From: Vicugna vicugna
Taxonomy: Eukaryota
Direction: 5' to 3'
Length of the DNA stretch: 64,000 nt
NCBI GenBank assembly: GCA_013265495.1
Contig: MU061538.1
Coordinates: forward strand, 1,631,339-1,695,338
Each line of letters starts with the position of its first letter. Within the stretch, counting starts at the first letter, position 1. This document shows, one piece after another, positions 46,371 through 60,564 of the stretch. Both the position numbers and the translations under genes were made by a program. A model generated the notes under the pieces. It searched no databases. It saw only the letters and a program-made list of their open reading frames with translations, and was not told the DNA's origin.

Positions 46371-47024
46371 GAGAACTGGTGTGCACCTGTGTGAGTGTGT
46401 GCACACCTGTGTGAGTGTATGCGTGTGTGTGGAGACAGCTGCCTGCCCATCTCCTGCCTCGGGCTCTGCAGGTCCCCCCTCTGTGGCTTCGCTGTGTGAC
46501 AGCCTGACACAGGCTCCCGTGGCCTCTGAGGTCTGGGAAGCCTTCAGCCACCAGTGGGATGTCCAGGCACGAACCAGGGTGGGAACTCAACTTTGCTCAG
46601 TCAGTGGGAGGCTCCTGGGCTCTGGAACCAGCCCTGGGGCAGACAGAGCTTTCCTCCTGGCCTCCGTCCTGCACCTGCCGGAGCGCACTGCCTCCTGTCC
46701 CCCGGCCTGGCCCTTCCCATCCCAGAGCCAGCCTGCACAGGGCCAACCCCAGCACAGGGCAGGCTGTGGCTGAGCATCCCAGGAGGTGGGTGCCCACAGG
46801 GTGGGCTGTGATGAGGTGCCCACAGCCCCCTGCTGCCCTCAGCTGTCTCCTCACCAGCCTCCTCTGGCTGGCCTTCCGCCCCTCCCGGCCCCGGTCCCTC
46901 CTGCTGGTCAACCAACACAGGGCGGTGCTGCCAGAGGGTCCCGCCCCAGCTGCACGTGTTTCCCAGAAAGGGTAGGGGGTAGGGCTGCCACCTGCCACCC
47001 CCCACCTACTTCCTCCCTTGGGTC

Positions 47025-47218
47025 CAGTCCTGACTCAGCCACTTCCAGCTGAGCCTCAGTCATCTCATCTGTAAACTGGGTGTTAAGAACAGGACCCACC
47101 ACCGCGTACGTGTGCTTGAGGACTGAAGAGCTAACGTGCATCAGCCACTTAGGAGCAAGCCCGGCAGGCACGTGGCTGCTGCCTTATCAGCACCTCGGTT
47201 ATGATGATTATCATTAGT
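47025..47218 (+). mobile_element. MIR
   Basis: tgagcctcagtcatctcatctgtaaactggg...tgaggactgaagagctaacgtgc...atgatgattatcatt. Confidence 0.8.
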
Positions 47219-50200
47219 GTAGGAAGAGGATGCGGGGATTGGGTGGGCGATTGAGTGTGGACGAGGTGGAGTCAGGAGACCTTGACTTAGGCAGTGGGAC
47301 AGCGGAAAGCCGAGGGTGTTACATGCAGCTGGGTTGGGACCCCAGAAAGACAGAAGAAACCCTGGAAAAAGACACAGCCCAGGGTGGGAGCCTATGGGGG
47401 CCCCAGTGGAAGGCCCTGGGTGGCCCCCAAGAGGCTGCCGGTGCCTCCAGGACCCCTGGCTCCTCCTCTTCCGAGCTGTGCCACCCTGAGCAGGCCTCCT
47501 AACTTCTCTGAGCGCTGGTCTCCCAGGAAGGCCCGGCCATCACAGTTCTGCCCGATGGCTGTCTGAGAACCAGCGAGCCCTCTTTGGCCCCTCTGAGCTC
47601 TGTGCTGGCAGGATGCACAGCTGTCTGAAAGTGCAAAGCAGGACCACGGCCGTCCACATGGAGGCCACCCCTAAACTGTGGCTTGAGAGGGACTAGTGAC
47701 TGATGGGGCCCTCTGTCCCCAAATCATTCTCTCCACTTTTAAAACCCGCCGTTGTAGCTTTCCTCCAATAGACCCGTCTTAACATTTTGCCAGGCTGCCT
47801 AACTGTCCCTAAATTCATCCAACAGTGAACTCAGCACAGCCTCCCAAGCCCCCACCCTCACACCCCCCGGTCCCTTACCCTGGCTGGACGCATCACCATC
47901 TGCCCCGTGGTCCAGCTGGAAGCTCTTTCTCCGCTGTCTCCTGCATCCAATCCATCCCAATCTGCCAATTTTACCCCCTAGCGTTTCCTGACTCTTCCTG
48001 CCCCGACCCCCAGGCTCCCGCTGCACACGGGGTGTCCTCTCCAATTCGCCCCCTGCAGGGGTTCCCCTCAATAAGCCGCCCTTTTCTGCTGGGCTAGCCC
48101 AGACAAAACTGACACGTGTGTTAGTCCGAAACAGTTGACTTTTGGTTCAACCCACAAAAAGCTGAGAGGACTGTGTGGACTTTCTGCCAGAACCTCCAGA
48201 ACGCCCAGCTGCCAAGCCACCAGGTAAGCAGCGGTCAGGCTCCCGCCTGCGTGTCCCCACTCCCAGCAACCCCAGGCTCCCAGAGCGCTCCCTGCCAGTA
48301 ATCTTGGGTGGGGCCTGCTGTGTCAGCCCTGCTGCCAGGGCACACCACACCTGCGCTCTCTTCGCCCACCTGTCCTCAAGATGCAGCCTGGCCATCGCCT
48401 CCTCCGGAAAACACTTCAAACCACCCCTCAGCCGCGTTAAGTAGCGTCCCTGCTCCTAAAACCAGGTGGGAACACCACCACGCTTACCACCTCAACTGCG
48501 GTTCCTGCTTCTCCTTCTGGCCCCCGCTGTCAGCTCACAGGTCAGGGGCGAGACGTTCATTGGCCAGCACCCAGAGCCAGGCAGCCCTCAGTTAATATTT
48601 ACTGAATGAATCAGGGGAATGTTCGCAGGAGCTCATTCACACTAGCTTGTAAAGGACTGATACTCATCTTTTCCTGAGAACCACTCCTGGTGGGGGTAGC
48701 AAGGGAAAAACCCCAGCGCCCGTGAAGTGGAGAGAGGGGAGCAGCCCCACCCAGAGGGGCCGCTCAGCTGTGGGGGGGGGATCGTGTACGATGCTTCCCC
48801 GGGGGGAGGGCGAGCTTGAGAAATCAGCCCACATAAGCAGGGATCCTGGGCCTGACGCGAGGATCCCAGCTGCTGCTTGGACCCGCCTTGCAGGACGTGC
48901 TCTCGCGCCCGCGGCCACATACGGCGGGCACTGCGATTCCCCGCAGATGAGTTAACAAAGAGCAGCGCTGTGAACTCGCAGGAGTGTTTTCCTAAACCGC
49001 TTTCAATCGCTGTGAGCATGAATATACAACTCTGGGGCTGAGCTGGAGCTGCTCTCCCCAGAAAGACAGGGCCCACCAGGCAGGCCACGGCCCTGGACCG
49101 CCCTGCGGAGCCAGAGCAGGAAGGAACCAGCCTGTCCCCCTGCCGAGGCTGGGCTGTCCTCTGGAATTGAGAGCCCAGCCGGGCCGATGTTTGTGTCCTT
49201 GCTGTGCGGTCCCCTCCTCACCCCCGACCCTACTTGGGCTCTGCCGCCTGGAAAACTGTGCGGGAGGCACCTGCTCCTTCCTCGGCCCAGGGCTCCAGAT
49301 GCGAGGCTCTCCCTGGTCTTCCTCCCACCCTCACTGCAGCAGCATCCCCTCAGGCCAAGCAGGCTCCTATCTCCGCCGGGCGCCCAGCTCCCCAGGCGTC
49401 TGTCCCCGCCTCCTCGCGGAGCACTGCCCCCCACCCTAAGAGGCTCTCCTGAGGGGGATGAGACGGTGTGGACCTCGCGCCGTCGGGTCCCTGCAGGTGA
49501 GACACTGTCCTTTCACTCCCACCAGTACGTCCTAACGCGGGCACGGCCTCGTTCATCCGTGGGACTCTCCCTAGGCCAGCAGGGGTGGAGGCCAGCTCTG
49601 GGTGCGAGACACAGAGGCTGCCATGCTGAGCCGGGGCCAGAGCCCCTCAACTGCTGGCGGTGGCCGTGCACCTCACCCCAGCCCACTTGGCCCACCCAGC
49701 CCGCCCCCCAGGCTCAATGTCGCCATCATGACGTGAGGCACGGGCAGAGGTCCCCGGCGGCTCCGCACCCCTGATAGCAGGGGGGGTGTTTGCTGCTCTC
49801 AGGGTTCAGTGCAATTACTCCAGCCGCAATACCAGCGTTTACACGCCACCAGGGGTGTGACTGAGTGCTTACTGGCTGCTTGGCCTCCCCCGGACCGAAA
49901 GGCGGTTTGCATCTGAAGAAGGGCCCGTGGGCCTCCTTTTTGGAGGCAGATGCGTGTAGATCGTCAGCTGTATCGGAAGATAAGCCGGCCACCTTGGGAA
50001 CTCAGGGTTTTGACTTGAACGCAATGGCTACCTGCCTTCGACGGCGGGGACCAGACTCCCCCACCGCACTGTGTGCGTCACACCGCGCTCTGTGCGCTCT
50101 GCTGCCCTGACTGTGAGACACCGCACTGTGCGGCTGTGACTACGCGGGCCACACTGCCCACACTCACTCTCTTCTCTCAGAGACCATCCTCGCTGAAAGG

Positions 50201-50589
50201 AGAGAGAATCGGGCCTGGAGACAGGTCCTCAGGTCTGCAGGCTCAGCCATCCCCTCACCTCTCGTCCCCAAGGCTGGGGCCCTACCCAACACCTGCGTCT
50301 GTACAGAGTCACTGCGATGCCCAGAGGAGGCCCGGCGTGTGAAGAGCCAGGCAGATGTGCGAAGCCCTCCAGCCGAGCCAGGTGATGGCTTGAGCGGTAC
50401 ACAGGAGGCCCTTGTGTGCCATCAGCCCTCAGGACAACTGCCTGCCTGCCCTCCTCTCTCTCTTCCTCTTCTTCCTGGAACACGCTTGACCACCTAGAAA
50501 TGTCCAAATCCCTTTGTAAAACCTCCATGCGGCCACGGCCACCGGGCTGCTCCCAGCCCCTCGGAGCCACATCCCTGTGGGCGCCGAGG

Positions 50590-50940
50590 ACAGCAAGGCC
50601 CACACACGGGGCCTGAGCAGCAGAGATGGGGTCTCCCGCAGTTCTGGAGCCAAAGGTCCCAGATGGAGGTGTGGGCAGGGCCAGGTGCCCCTGAGATCCT
50701 GGGTACAACTTCCTGCTTCTTCCAGCTCCCGGGGTACCGTCCACCCATGGCCTCCCTCCCCAGGCTCTGCCTCCAATGTCACACGGCCCTCTCTGCGTCT
50801 CTCCTCTCCTCACAAGTCCTCACCCTCACGTGAGCACATCTGCACAGACCCTGTTTCCACGTAAGGTCAATTCACAGGTATGGGGGGTTAGGACGCCAAC
50901 ATTGGAATGTGCAGGGGAGGGTGCAGAAGCCGTGTCCACT
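50590..50940 (-). mobile_element. MLT1 solo LTR
   Basis: tctcccgcagttctggagccaaaggtcc...cacatctgcacagaccctgtttccacgtaaggtcaattcacaggt. Confidence 0.75.
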
Positions 50941-52409
50941 GCCCCCTCCCTGGGGCTCCCCATCCAGAGGTCCCAAAGTCTTCAGGATGGAGTTCCAGCA
51001 CATTCCACGGCGCAGAGGCTGGTCTCACTGACATTCTGAGTTTCGTGCACACAGTGGACCCATGAAACGACTTTCTCGAGGTGAAGTCGCGACACCCTCG
51101 GCCTGACAGTTCCCGGAGCGGGTGTCCCGCGCGTGCCTGCAGCGGGCACGTGCATCAGCTCGGCACAGCGCCGGGGCTGTGGCTGTTGACAGTCCCTGAG
51201 TCCCACCAGCTGGCGCCAGCAAGCATGGGAGGAGGTAAAGGAAATGGGTAAGAAGTCTTGCCTCTTCGTCGGCCGTGGTTCTGTGCGTGCTCGTCCGGAA
51301 TTTGCTCGTTGCACGACCAAGCCCTAAGGTGGCAGGAGCTCTGCTCTCCGATGAAAGCATCTCTCCAGGGAACCAGACTATCCTCAGGCCAGTCAGAGGT
51401 GCTGGATGGGCCATCCTGCAGGCACCAGGCACCTTCGGAACAAGTCCCCAGAGAGATGAGGGCCCTTTGCCGCAGACGTCGTGGATGAAGCCGAGGAAAA
51501 GGAGGATGGGGGCCCCTGCGCTCGGAGGAGAGGTCCAGCCCAGGGCCAAATGGGGGTCCAAGGCCCACAGGGAGGCAGGTAGCAGCTCCCCAGAGCCAGG
51601 GGGAGCCCAAGCCGACGGTCACCGCAAGGGGCCAACGACCCTGGCACCGGGCCTCCCTGCCCTCCGTGCAGTGCTGGCGGGCACCCGGCAGGTAGCGGTT
51701 CTCCCACTGCCCAAACCTGGAAGAGCAGCGGGCAGTCCCTCCATACAGCTTTCCTCCGGCTTGTGAGCATTCACAGGCCCTCGTCCACTAACAGCCACAC
51801 GGCCGTCCAGGCTAACCACGTGCTGAGAAAACGAGCCCCACTCAGGGTCCCTGTGGGGGCCAAGGGGTGGCTCCACATTGGGAGGCACGTCCAGCTCCCG
51901 CCCACCGCATCTTCCCTGGCCTCAGTCACTCTCCCTGTCTGTGCAATGGGAGCACAGTCCCACTGTCCCACTGTCCTTGCAGCTGTGGGAGGTTGAGAGG
52001 TAGAGGGCTGGGAGCATCTGCTCCAGAGGGAGAACCAGAGTCACTAGTGCGTACACGCACGCCTGCCTCTGCCACGCCTTGCACACTCTCCCCACACCCC
52101 CAGCCACCTGCCTCGCACGCTCGGCACACACCCATCTCCAGGGCACGACCGCCCTCCTAGGCTGCGCTCCAGGGTACAGGACCGGCCCACCAGGTTCCAG
52201 CACGTCTGGCTCTGCGTGACCCACCCCCAGCCCCCTTCCAGGTCTCAGCGCTTCCATCATCTGCGTGAAAAGGGCCCCGATTAAGCTGTGCTGCTGGGAT
52301 CACGCTGGCTGGCTTTCTGATTGGGCTTCTGTTATTTTCCTTCCTAAGCAGCAGGGCAGTTTGGGGGATGCAGAGACGAATGTGGTTGGTCTCCTGCTTT
52401 CTAGGAGAG

Positions 52410-52550
52410 AATGTCCCAAAGTGGGATCCAAGGACCCCCCGAACGGGGAGGTTCTTGTAAAATCACACCAGACCTGTGAAACCACAGAAGAATCTGCATT
52501 TTAAGAAGCCTCCCAGGGGACTCCCGGGCAAACCAAGTTCTTAGAAGTTC
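52410..52550. mobile_element. MER5-family MITE
   Basis: tcccaaagtgggatcc...gaatctgcattttaagaagcctcccagggga...aagttcttagaa. Confidence 0.6.
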
Positions 52551-53296
52551 GCAATATAGGGGGAAAACAGGCTGTAAGAACATACGGGGGAGGAGCCTAG
52601 TGAAGGCAGTGGGCGTGTCCTGTTCCTGCACCAGCCACCAGGTCAGCCTTGGGAAGGTCCCACACCTCGACGGTCTCTGTCCCCATCTGAGCAGCAGAGG
52701 TACGGTGGCGGGAGACGTGAGTGACGGTGAAAAAGCCTCTGGCACCGAGGCGTGCGTGGGTCTGTGGTCTCAACCAGAGAAGGGCACAGGCGGTCAGCGT
52801 CCAGGCCCAGTCCAGTCAGGGGTCTCTGACCACGCACATGGAGTCTTCAGTACTCCACAGCATGAATGGGGAGGCAGATGCGTGCGAGGGACTGGAGGCC
52901 GTAAAACCACCCTGGAAACAAATATTTATTCCAGTAACACTTGTCATTGGCCTACAGTGCAGATAAGATTAGTGTGACACACTACAGATAAAGGGAGTCA
53001 TGTGTCACCTGCCCTTGGGCCCGTCTACACACCAGCCCTGCCAACCCAGCTGCAGGTCTACCTTCCCTGCCCGTGGCCTTCCGGCTGGAGCTCTGGGTGT
53101 GGCATCATCCCCTGCGCTCTAGAAAGCAGCTGTCTGCTGAGAAGACCAAAGGACAGCCTGCAGGCAAAAGGAGCAGGGACGCTGGGTGCAGCCCTGAAGC
53201 AGGGCAGGCAGGCTGGGCAGGGTGCACAGTGGGCATGGAGAAGGCCCTCTTCCCCTGCTCGGCTGGTCCTGGTTACTTTTTTTAAATAAGGGCTTA

Positions 53297-53960
53297 AATA
53301 GTCAAGACATGGAAACAACTGAATGTCCATCAACAGATGACTGGATAAAGAAGCTGTGTTATATTTATACAGTGGAATACTACTCTGCCATAAAAATGAA
53401 TAAAATAATGCCATTTGCAGCAACATGGATGGACCTGGAGATGATCGTTCTAAGTGAAGTAAGCCAGAAAGAGAAAGAAAAATGCTGTATGATATCACTC
53501 ATATGAATCTAAAAAAACCCACATAGATTAAAAAAATTTCTTCTGTATAGCACAGGGAACTATAGTCAATGTCTTATGATACCCTTTAATGAAAAAGAAT
53601 ATGAAAATGAATGTATGTATGTACATGACGGGGACACTGTGCTGTGCACCAGAGACTGACACACTGTGACTGACTGTACTTCAATTAAAAAATAAAAGGA
53701 CAGAAACCTATTTACAAAACAGAAATAGACTCACAGACACAGAGAACAGACTCTTGGTTACCAGGGGGAAAGGGGGTGAGAAGGGATAAATTGGAAACTC
53801 GAAAATTGCACCTCTTGAGGCAGGATGGAAATGTCAGCGGCCCTGATTGCAGCGGTGGTTTCGCTGGAGTACACATCCATCAAAATTCGTCAAATCGTAC
53901 ATTTGAAATATGTGCAGTTTACTGTACAGGAGCGGCACCATAATAGAGGTATAAATAAAT
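53297..53960 (+). mobile_element. Composite of younger L1 3' ends followed by an older L1M 3' end
   Basis: ORF 53222+ ...CPSTDDWIKKLCYIYTVEYYSAIKMNKIMPFAATWMDLEMIVLSEVSQKEK; two successive 3' UTR pieces; then tacatttgaaatatgtgcagttt. Confidence 0.88.
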
Positions 53961-56634
53961 AAATAGACAGACAGACAGACAGATAAATGAATGAAGTGCT
54001 TTAATACTTCAACAGGCTAAAATTCTTTGAGAAAACACATCGGCCGATAGCGGTCCATCTGGGCAGTGGGAAACCAGGGAACAACCCAAAAGGATCGTTT
54101 TGCATTAAGTCCGAACGAGGCTGCAGAACAATGTACGTTGTGGGTCTTGTCACGTACGCTAAACGATATCTGATTTCTACGTAACTACACGATTAAATGT
54201 GACGTGCATTTTAACCCTGGGGGCTGTGTCACAGGTACATGCATGTCTTTGTAAATCTGCCAGAAGCTCCTGGATGGAGAGGACCCTATTTGTGGAATGG
54301 GAGTGGAGGGAAGGATGGCTTCAGCGTTCATTCTTTGTTCTTCACTATGAGAATGGATTTTTTGGGGGGTGGTGTTTTTAATCAACACAACAAATTCTGT
54401 GCCTAAAAAATTACATTGATATTATTTCATAGAAGTTATCTGGGGAGAAGAGAAAGGACTGCCTAGAATGAGAGGAGCCCGAATTGCTCATAGACATGGA
54501 GGGAAACAGGGAGGGTCTGTGTGCAGCAGATGTCCCTGGCCTTCCCCACAGCTATCCCACCCCTCAGCTGATATCCTAGAAAAATCGCCAAGGTGCACAA
54601 AAGTCGTTGGCAGTATGTTCTTCCCAGCGTCGTCTGGAAACGCACACTGTCTCTAGGAGAAGGATGGACCTGCAAGGGGTGGCGCCCCCGCCCCGGGGCG
54701 CCCTCCCCAGCAGGAGCCGGAAGCTGAGCTGAGCAGCTCCGCGCTCAGCAGAGGCACCGCTCAGACCCCAGCGCCGCGGGCGGGAAGCGGGTGCAGGGTT
54801 CTGGGCAGGAACGGAATGACAGAGCCACATCAGAATCTTGAAAAACACGCAAAACACGGCTGGCATTATCTGTAAATACACTTACACGTAGTAAAAGTGT
54901 AAAGGCAGCGACGGGAACGATGAACGCCAGCTCAGCATTTGTTCTGAGCTCAGAACAGGATACCTTGGTCCTTCCATTATACCCGTAAAAGTCACCTTTG
55001 GGCCGGGGACGAGGCCCACTACATTTTCAGTTATGTTTGTCATGTCTGAAATCTTCTCTGATTATAAGCAGCCAAGAGGGGTTCTCCAGGACCATTCCAT
55101 TTGGTTCCCCTCCAAACTCATTCATTCAAATGTATTTCTTTTAGAAGCTGGCGGCAGCCTGACGTCGGAAGGCTCAGAAGGAGCTTGAACTCTCGGGTTA
55201 TGAGGAAGGCGGCTCATCTTAGACAAGAATGACGTCTTTGTGGCGGGGGTGGAGGAGGAACGTGGTTTGCTCAGTGCTCAGGATGGGGCTTTTGCTGCCG
55301 AACCCACACGTCCTGACCTCGGGAGCAGATCTGTGGGGGTCAGAGCCGGACTCTGTGAGGAGCCCGTGGCGTCTGTAACAGAAGATGAGTTGCCTCTTGG
55401 TCCTTGAAATCTGATGGGGCAGCACCCTGGCTGTATGAGATCGCTCCGTGCAGTCCAGATCACCGAGGTCTGCCTGCGCCGTGTCCGTGAAACAGAGGCT
55501 CGGCGAGCCCAGTGGGGGCTGCTGCCGGACAAGAGGAAGGCGTGCTTCGATCGCTGTGCGACTCTTCCCCTGAATAACATGGACATGAGTCATGACCTCT
55601 TGGAGAGTTCTGGTGGTGACTCAAACCACGTTAACCAGTGAGCCCTGATTCTTCTCTCCAGGCAGGACTGGACTTGACCCGGAATCCAGGCCATAGCTGA
55701 CACCAGCAAGCCTGGAATCTTACTTGTTTTCATCTCTTGAGGGAGATCTGAACCCTGCAACACTGTGAAAACGCTGCTTGAATACAGGTGCTGCGTGGTC
55801 GGCGGCATTACCATCCCACGCATCGGAAAAGTACTGCCCTGAGTCACCCTTCGCTGGTGCCACAGGGCCCCCCCGCCCGGCCCGGAACCCGTGTGCCCCA
55901 TGGTTTCTGCCTTCGCTTCCGATTGTTCTGTCTGTTTCCCTGCGAGCCCCAGTGACAAACCGCTGCAAGAGGAGTGACTCATCGGAGGCAGAGTATCAGG
56001 GTCAGGGAGCCTTCGTGGGCCCCGCACGGAGCCCGCCGCTCGGCCGCGGGGGAGGCGGGTGCGGCCCCGAGACCCGTCCGGCGTCACAGCTGGCCACTGT
56101 CCAGCTGGGACCAGAAACTGGGTCTCCCGGTGACTAGCTTAGTGTTCTTTTCATAACGAGCGCGCTCAGATCTTGGCTCTGCATTTCCAAACATCGGCCT
56201 AAACATATTCCTTTGTCCACCAGTATCTATCCAGCGCCTCTTGCCGGCCCGGCTGCAAGCCCTTCCGATGGTCCCGGCACCCCCTCACCGCTCCCCCTCC
56301 CTCCGACCCTCTGCGCCCACCAGGCCGTTCCACGTCCTCATCTCTCCAGGGCCTGGGTGGTTCCAGGGCGCCCTGCGACCTTCTGTGCTCAGAACTCTTC
56401 CTTCCCTCTCCAACATGTAAGGGGCTCCTTTCGGCCTTGCTGGGGGGCCACATGCTAACTTCCCGTCAGTTACTTACAGGGGAGGACAGAAGAGATGGGA
56501 AAAGTGAGCAAACGTAGGTCCCTTTCTCCGGCTGATTTTTAGAGAAACGGGGGAACTTGGAGAAATGGTGCCTCAGCCCAGACATGGAACCTGCTCATTC
56601 TTCCCATAAATGTCATTTTTATTGAGAGCCAGTG

Positions 56635-56840
56635 TGAGCCATGGTCAGAGGTGTGGGCTCTGGAGCTGGGCTGTCAGGGTTCAAATCCCCACACCCCACG
56701 GGCTAGCGGGGCACCTCGGTTTCCTCATCCGGAAAGTGGGGGAGATTTAACACCTACCTTGCAGCCTTGCAGGGCTGTCTTGAGGATTTGTGGATTCATG
56801 CTCACATGGTGATTTAACATAAGGGCTTGGTAATGGCCAG
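56635..56840 (+). mobile_element. MIR
   Basis: ggctctggagctgggctgtcagggttcaaatccc...cctcggtttcctcatccggaaagtgggg...cctaccttgcag. Confidence 0.8.
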
Positions 56841-57439
56841 CATCACCCACGTGTGCTGCCGGGCCCTGATGGGGACGTGCCAGGGGTCTGGTCTCCAAGA
56901 GGACCGTCTGACTCGGGGGAGCCCCTCCGGTGGCAGATGCTGTGTGAGAACTACCTGTATCCCCTGTCTGTTTATGCATCTGACTGTCTAACCGGGAGAA
57001 GGAGCATCCAGCGCAGCCCAGCTGCCCTGCACGCCTGTAGCCCCCTTGTTCCTCTGCGGCCAGCAGTGGCCCGACGGCTCCAGAGGCTTCTCTTCCCACT
57101 TTGGTATCGAAGGCGCTGGCGACCACAGTGTCACCTCCACCCAGGAACCCAAGGAGAGGGCTCACCCCTGCTCAGAGTCTCTCAGGGCTGGTGATGGGCA
57201 GTGTGTCTCCGGATGTGACCAGAGAGGAGACGCCGCAGGGCCGGGCAGGGTGGACGCCCTCGGGGTCCCATGTTTGCCCTTCAGCACTGCAGACAGAGGC
57301 CCCCCTGGGCTTCCCCTCAGGCGGCTTCAGGGAGAGTTCGGGGGTTTTAAGACTTTTTTTGCATCTTAAGAGCAGGGACTGCATCTTACTCTGCACCCTA
57401 GCGGGTGGCTCAGTGGGTGTCCCACAGCGGCTTCTCCTT

Positions 57440-57770
57440 TGCCTATTGTGGCAAAATGTCCAGAACACCTCACGTATCACCTTAACCATTTGTTGTGAGC
57501 GCACAGCTCAGTGGTGTTGAATACAGCATGACACTGTGTAACCAGCGCCGCTGTCTGTCCCCAGACCTTTCATCATCCCCATGAGCCCACCCCCGGACAC
57601 ACCAGCCTCGGGCCCCTCCCTTGAATGAACTTTTCAGTGGTTAGTCCTTTTTCTTTTTTTTTTTAAGTGTAACTGACATACACACAGCATTACATTAGTT
57701 TTAGGTGTAGAGCATAATGATTTACCATTTGTACACACAGCAAAATGGTCACCGAAATAAGTCTAGTTTC
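57440..57770 (-). mobile_element. Two L1 3' end fragments
   Basis: atcaccttaaccatttgttgtgagcgcacagctcagtgg; ttttaagtgtaactgacatac...cattacattagttttaggtgtagagcataatgatt. Confidence 0.7.
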
Positions 57771-58200
57771 TTGAATGGGCTTTCAAAACTTATGGGACCA
57801 GATGAACAGAACATACCTTCCTGACGACGTGGCTGTCAAGCCGAACAGACGTGAAATGTCCACTGGCAGTGATCTCGCATTTTATTCTGAGGTTTTCGCT
57901 CTGTCTCTCTTTTTTTATCAGCCCATCATTTAAAACTCAAATGGGGCAGCGCTCGGCTCCATTGATCAGACACTGCATTAGCAGCTAAGACCTAAGACAA
58001 CTGCTGTAGTATCATTTCACATCACAAGTTCAGTTTCTTCTTAGACATAAAACAATTAATAGATTCAAGTACAAATATAAAATGCCTCGACATAAAAATA
58101 AAACATTTAAAAATTAAAGGAGCCTTGAGAAAATGCTTGCAACATATACAATGAAGGAAGGGGGAATTTTTTTTTTAACTTAGGAAAAATCCCCATGTAC

Positions 58201-58304
58201 GGAAGTTCTCGCTCAGTGGCAGAGCATGTGCTTGGCATGCACAAGGTCCTGGGTTCAATCCCCAGTCCCTCCATTAAGGGATTAAAAATAATAATAAAAA
58301 TAAA
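58201..58304 (+). mobile_element. Vic-1-type SINE, short
   Basis: gctcagtggcagagcatgtgcttggcatgcacaaggtcctgggttcaatccccagt + A-rich tail. Confidence 0.82.
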
Positions 58305-58919
58305 GACATAGCTTAGACTAAAGGAAGGTGAATACCCCTAAACTAAAAAGCCATGGAAATAACCACTAAGGTGAAGACAGAAAATTAGGACAGGAAACAG
58401 AACTGGAAAAAAAAGGAAATAAAAGTAGCTAATAAAAATTAACTTTGTTAGCATAAAACAAACACAATTAAGAGAACAGGGCAGCTCTGCCTGAGTCAGC
58501 CAGGGCCTGTGCCCACAGCCCTGTGGACTCCCAGGGACAACATGCCCTTAACCTTTCTGCAAAATAAATTGATGGCATTGACCCAAGACCTTTAAAAACA
58601 TTTATGGACTTTGGTCCAATAGTTCCACTTCTAGAAATCTATCCCAAGGAAGCAATAACAAAAATGTTAACAAAAGTATAGTGTTCTGTTGACCAAGATG
58701 GATATCAAGCACTTGTTTGTAAACAGAAAAAAATCTGAACCAAAAAAGCGAATCCAAGTCATAGAATATTATTCAGCCATCACAAAATCCTGTTTACAAA
58801 GACTAAGAGTGTATAGGAAGCTCATATGGTAATACCTGAAGTGAAAAAGGAAGAGTGCTGTGGTTTGTTTTTGTTTTTGTTTTCTTTTTTGTTTGGATGC
58901 TTAGCATTTGCTTTGTTCT

Positions 58920-59785
58920 TTTTTTGTGTTGAATCACAGTTGACTGACAGTGTTGTGTTAGTTTGGGGAGGACAGCAAAGTGATTCAGTTATGTGTGTGT
59001 GTGTCTATGTGTATATATATGTGTGTATATATATTCTTTCTCAGATTCTTTTCCACTATAAGCTTTTACAAGATACTGAATATAGTTCCCTGTGCTGTAC
59101 AGTAAGACCTTGTTGTTTATCGATTTTATATACAGTAGTTTGCATCTGCCAATCCCAAACTCCTATTTTATAACCCCCTGCCCTCTTTGTAACCATAAAT
59201 TTGTTTTCTATGTCTGTGAGTCTGTTTCTGTTTTGTAAATAAGTTCATTTGTGTCACTTTTTAAAGATTCCACATATAAGTGACACCACGTGATATTTAT
59301 CTTTCTCTCTCTGACTTACTTCACTTAGTATGATCATCTCAAGATTTAGCCATGTGGCTGCAAATGGCATTATTTCATTCTTTTTTATGGCTGAGTAGTA
59401 TTCTATTGTGTAAATATACCACACTGTCTTTATCCAGTCATCTGTTGATGGACATTTAGGCTGTTTCCATGTCTTGGCTATTGTAAATAGTCCTGCTGTG
59501 AACACTGGGGTGCAGGTAACTTTTTGAATATGAGTTTCCTTCTTTTCCAGATATGTACCCAGGAGTGGAATTGCTGGATCATGTGGTAGTTTAGTTTCTT
59601 AAGGAACCTCCACACTGTCCTCCACAGTGGCTGCACCAGTTACATTCCTACCATCAGTGTAGGAGGGTTCCCTTTTCTCCACACCTTTGCCAGCATTTAT
59701 TATTTGTAGGCTTTTTGACGACGGCCATTCTGGCCAGTGTGAGGTGCTACCTCATTGTGGTTTTGACCTGCGTTTCTCTGATAAT
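58920..59785 (-). mobile_element. Younger L1 3' fragment (ORF2 end + 3' UTR)
   Basis: Minus ORF 59254-59505 MFTAGLFTIAKTWKQPKCPSTDDWIK... is the L1 ORF2 C-terminus. Confidence 0.93.
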
Positions 59786-60364
59786 GCTGCTTTAACAGGC
59801 TACACACACAGCCACTTAAGACCAGGTCTGAGGGGAGGAAGGAGAGGAATGTGTGGGTGATCAGAGTGGTCGTTACTGTGACTTTGATTTTATTTCTTTT
59901 TCTCACTTTTTAACCTTTATTATGTTTTCAAAATAGTCTCTAATCGGCCAGCATTATTTTTACCATAGTTAAAGTTCTTTTTAAAAGCTCTGCTATTAGA
60001 CATTAATCTTCACTCCCTTCGGGTGCTGGCATCAGGAAGCATGCCGAGGGGATGGGCTCCCCGACTGGGTGGCAGGGATGCCCCAAAGAAGCAGGTTATC
60101 TGGATCCAGAAGACGCCCAGTCCGGGTCTGCCCTCCCCTGACCATCACACCCTCCAGGAACACCGGGGGGCCTCATCTGCTGGTGCCTCTCCCTCCACCG
60201 GACGCTGCGACTCCGGGAGCTGAGACTGCCCTGTGGCTGAGCCGCCAGTCCCTGGCGTGATTCCTGGAATGCTGAAAACAGGTAGTAAGTGTGTGCTGAG
60301 TGAATGCACAACTGTCACAGGCAGGAGATCACTTCCTGTTAACTGAATGTGAGCAAGAACTCGA

Positions 60365-60557
60365 AGGACTGGATAAACAACAAGTTCACAGTGTGCAGCA
60401 CAGGGAACCATATTCAGTATCTTGCAGTAACTTATGTTGAAAAGGATATGAAAGCGAACATACGTATGCTCATGTATGACTCAAGTATGTGCTGCACACC
60501 AGAAACTGACACAACATTGTTAACTGGCTGTACCTCAATAAAAATATATTTAAAAAA
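60365..60557 (+). mobile_element. Younger L1 3' UTR fragment
   Basis: gcagcacagggaaccatattcagtatcttgcagtaac...ccagaaactgacacaacattg...ctcaataaaa. Confidence 0.8.
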
Positions 60558-60564
60558 CAAGGGG

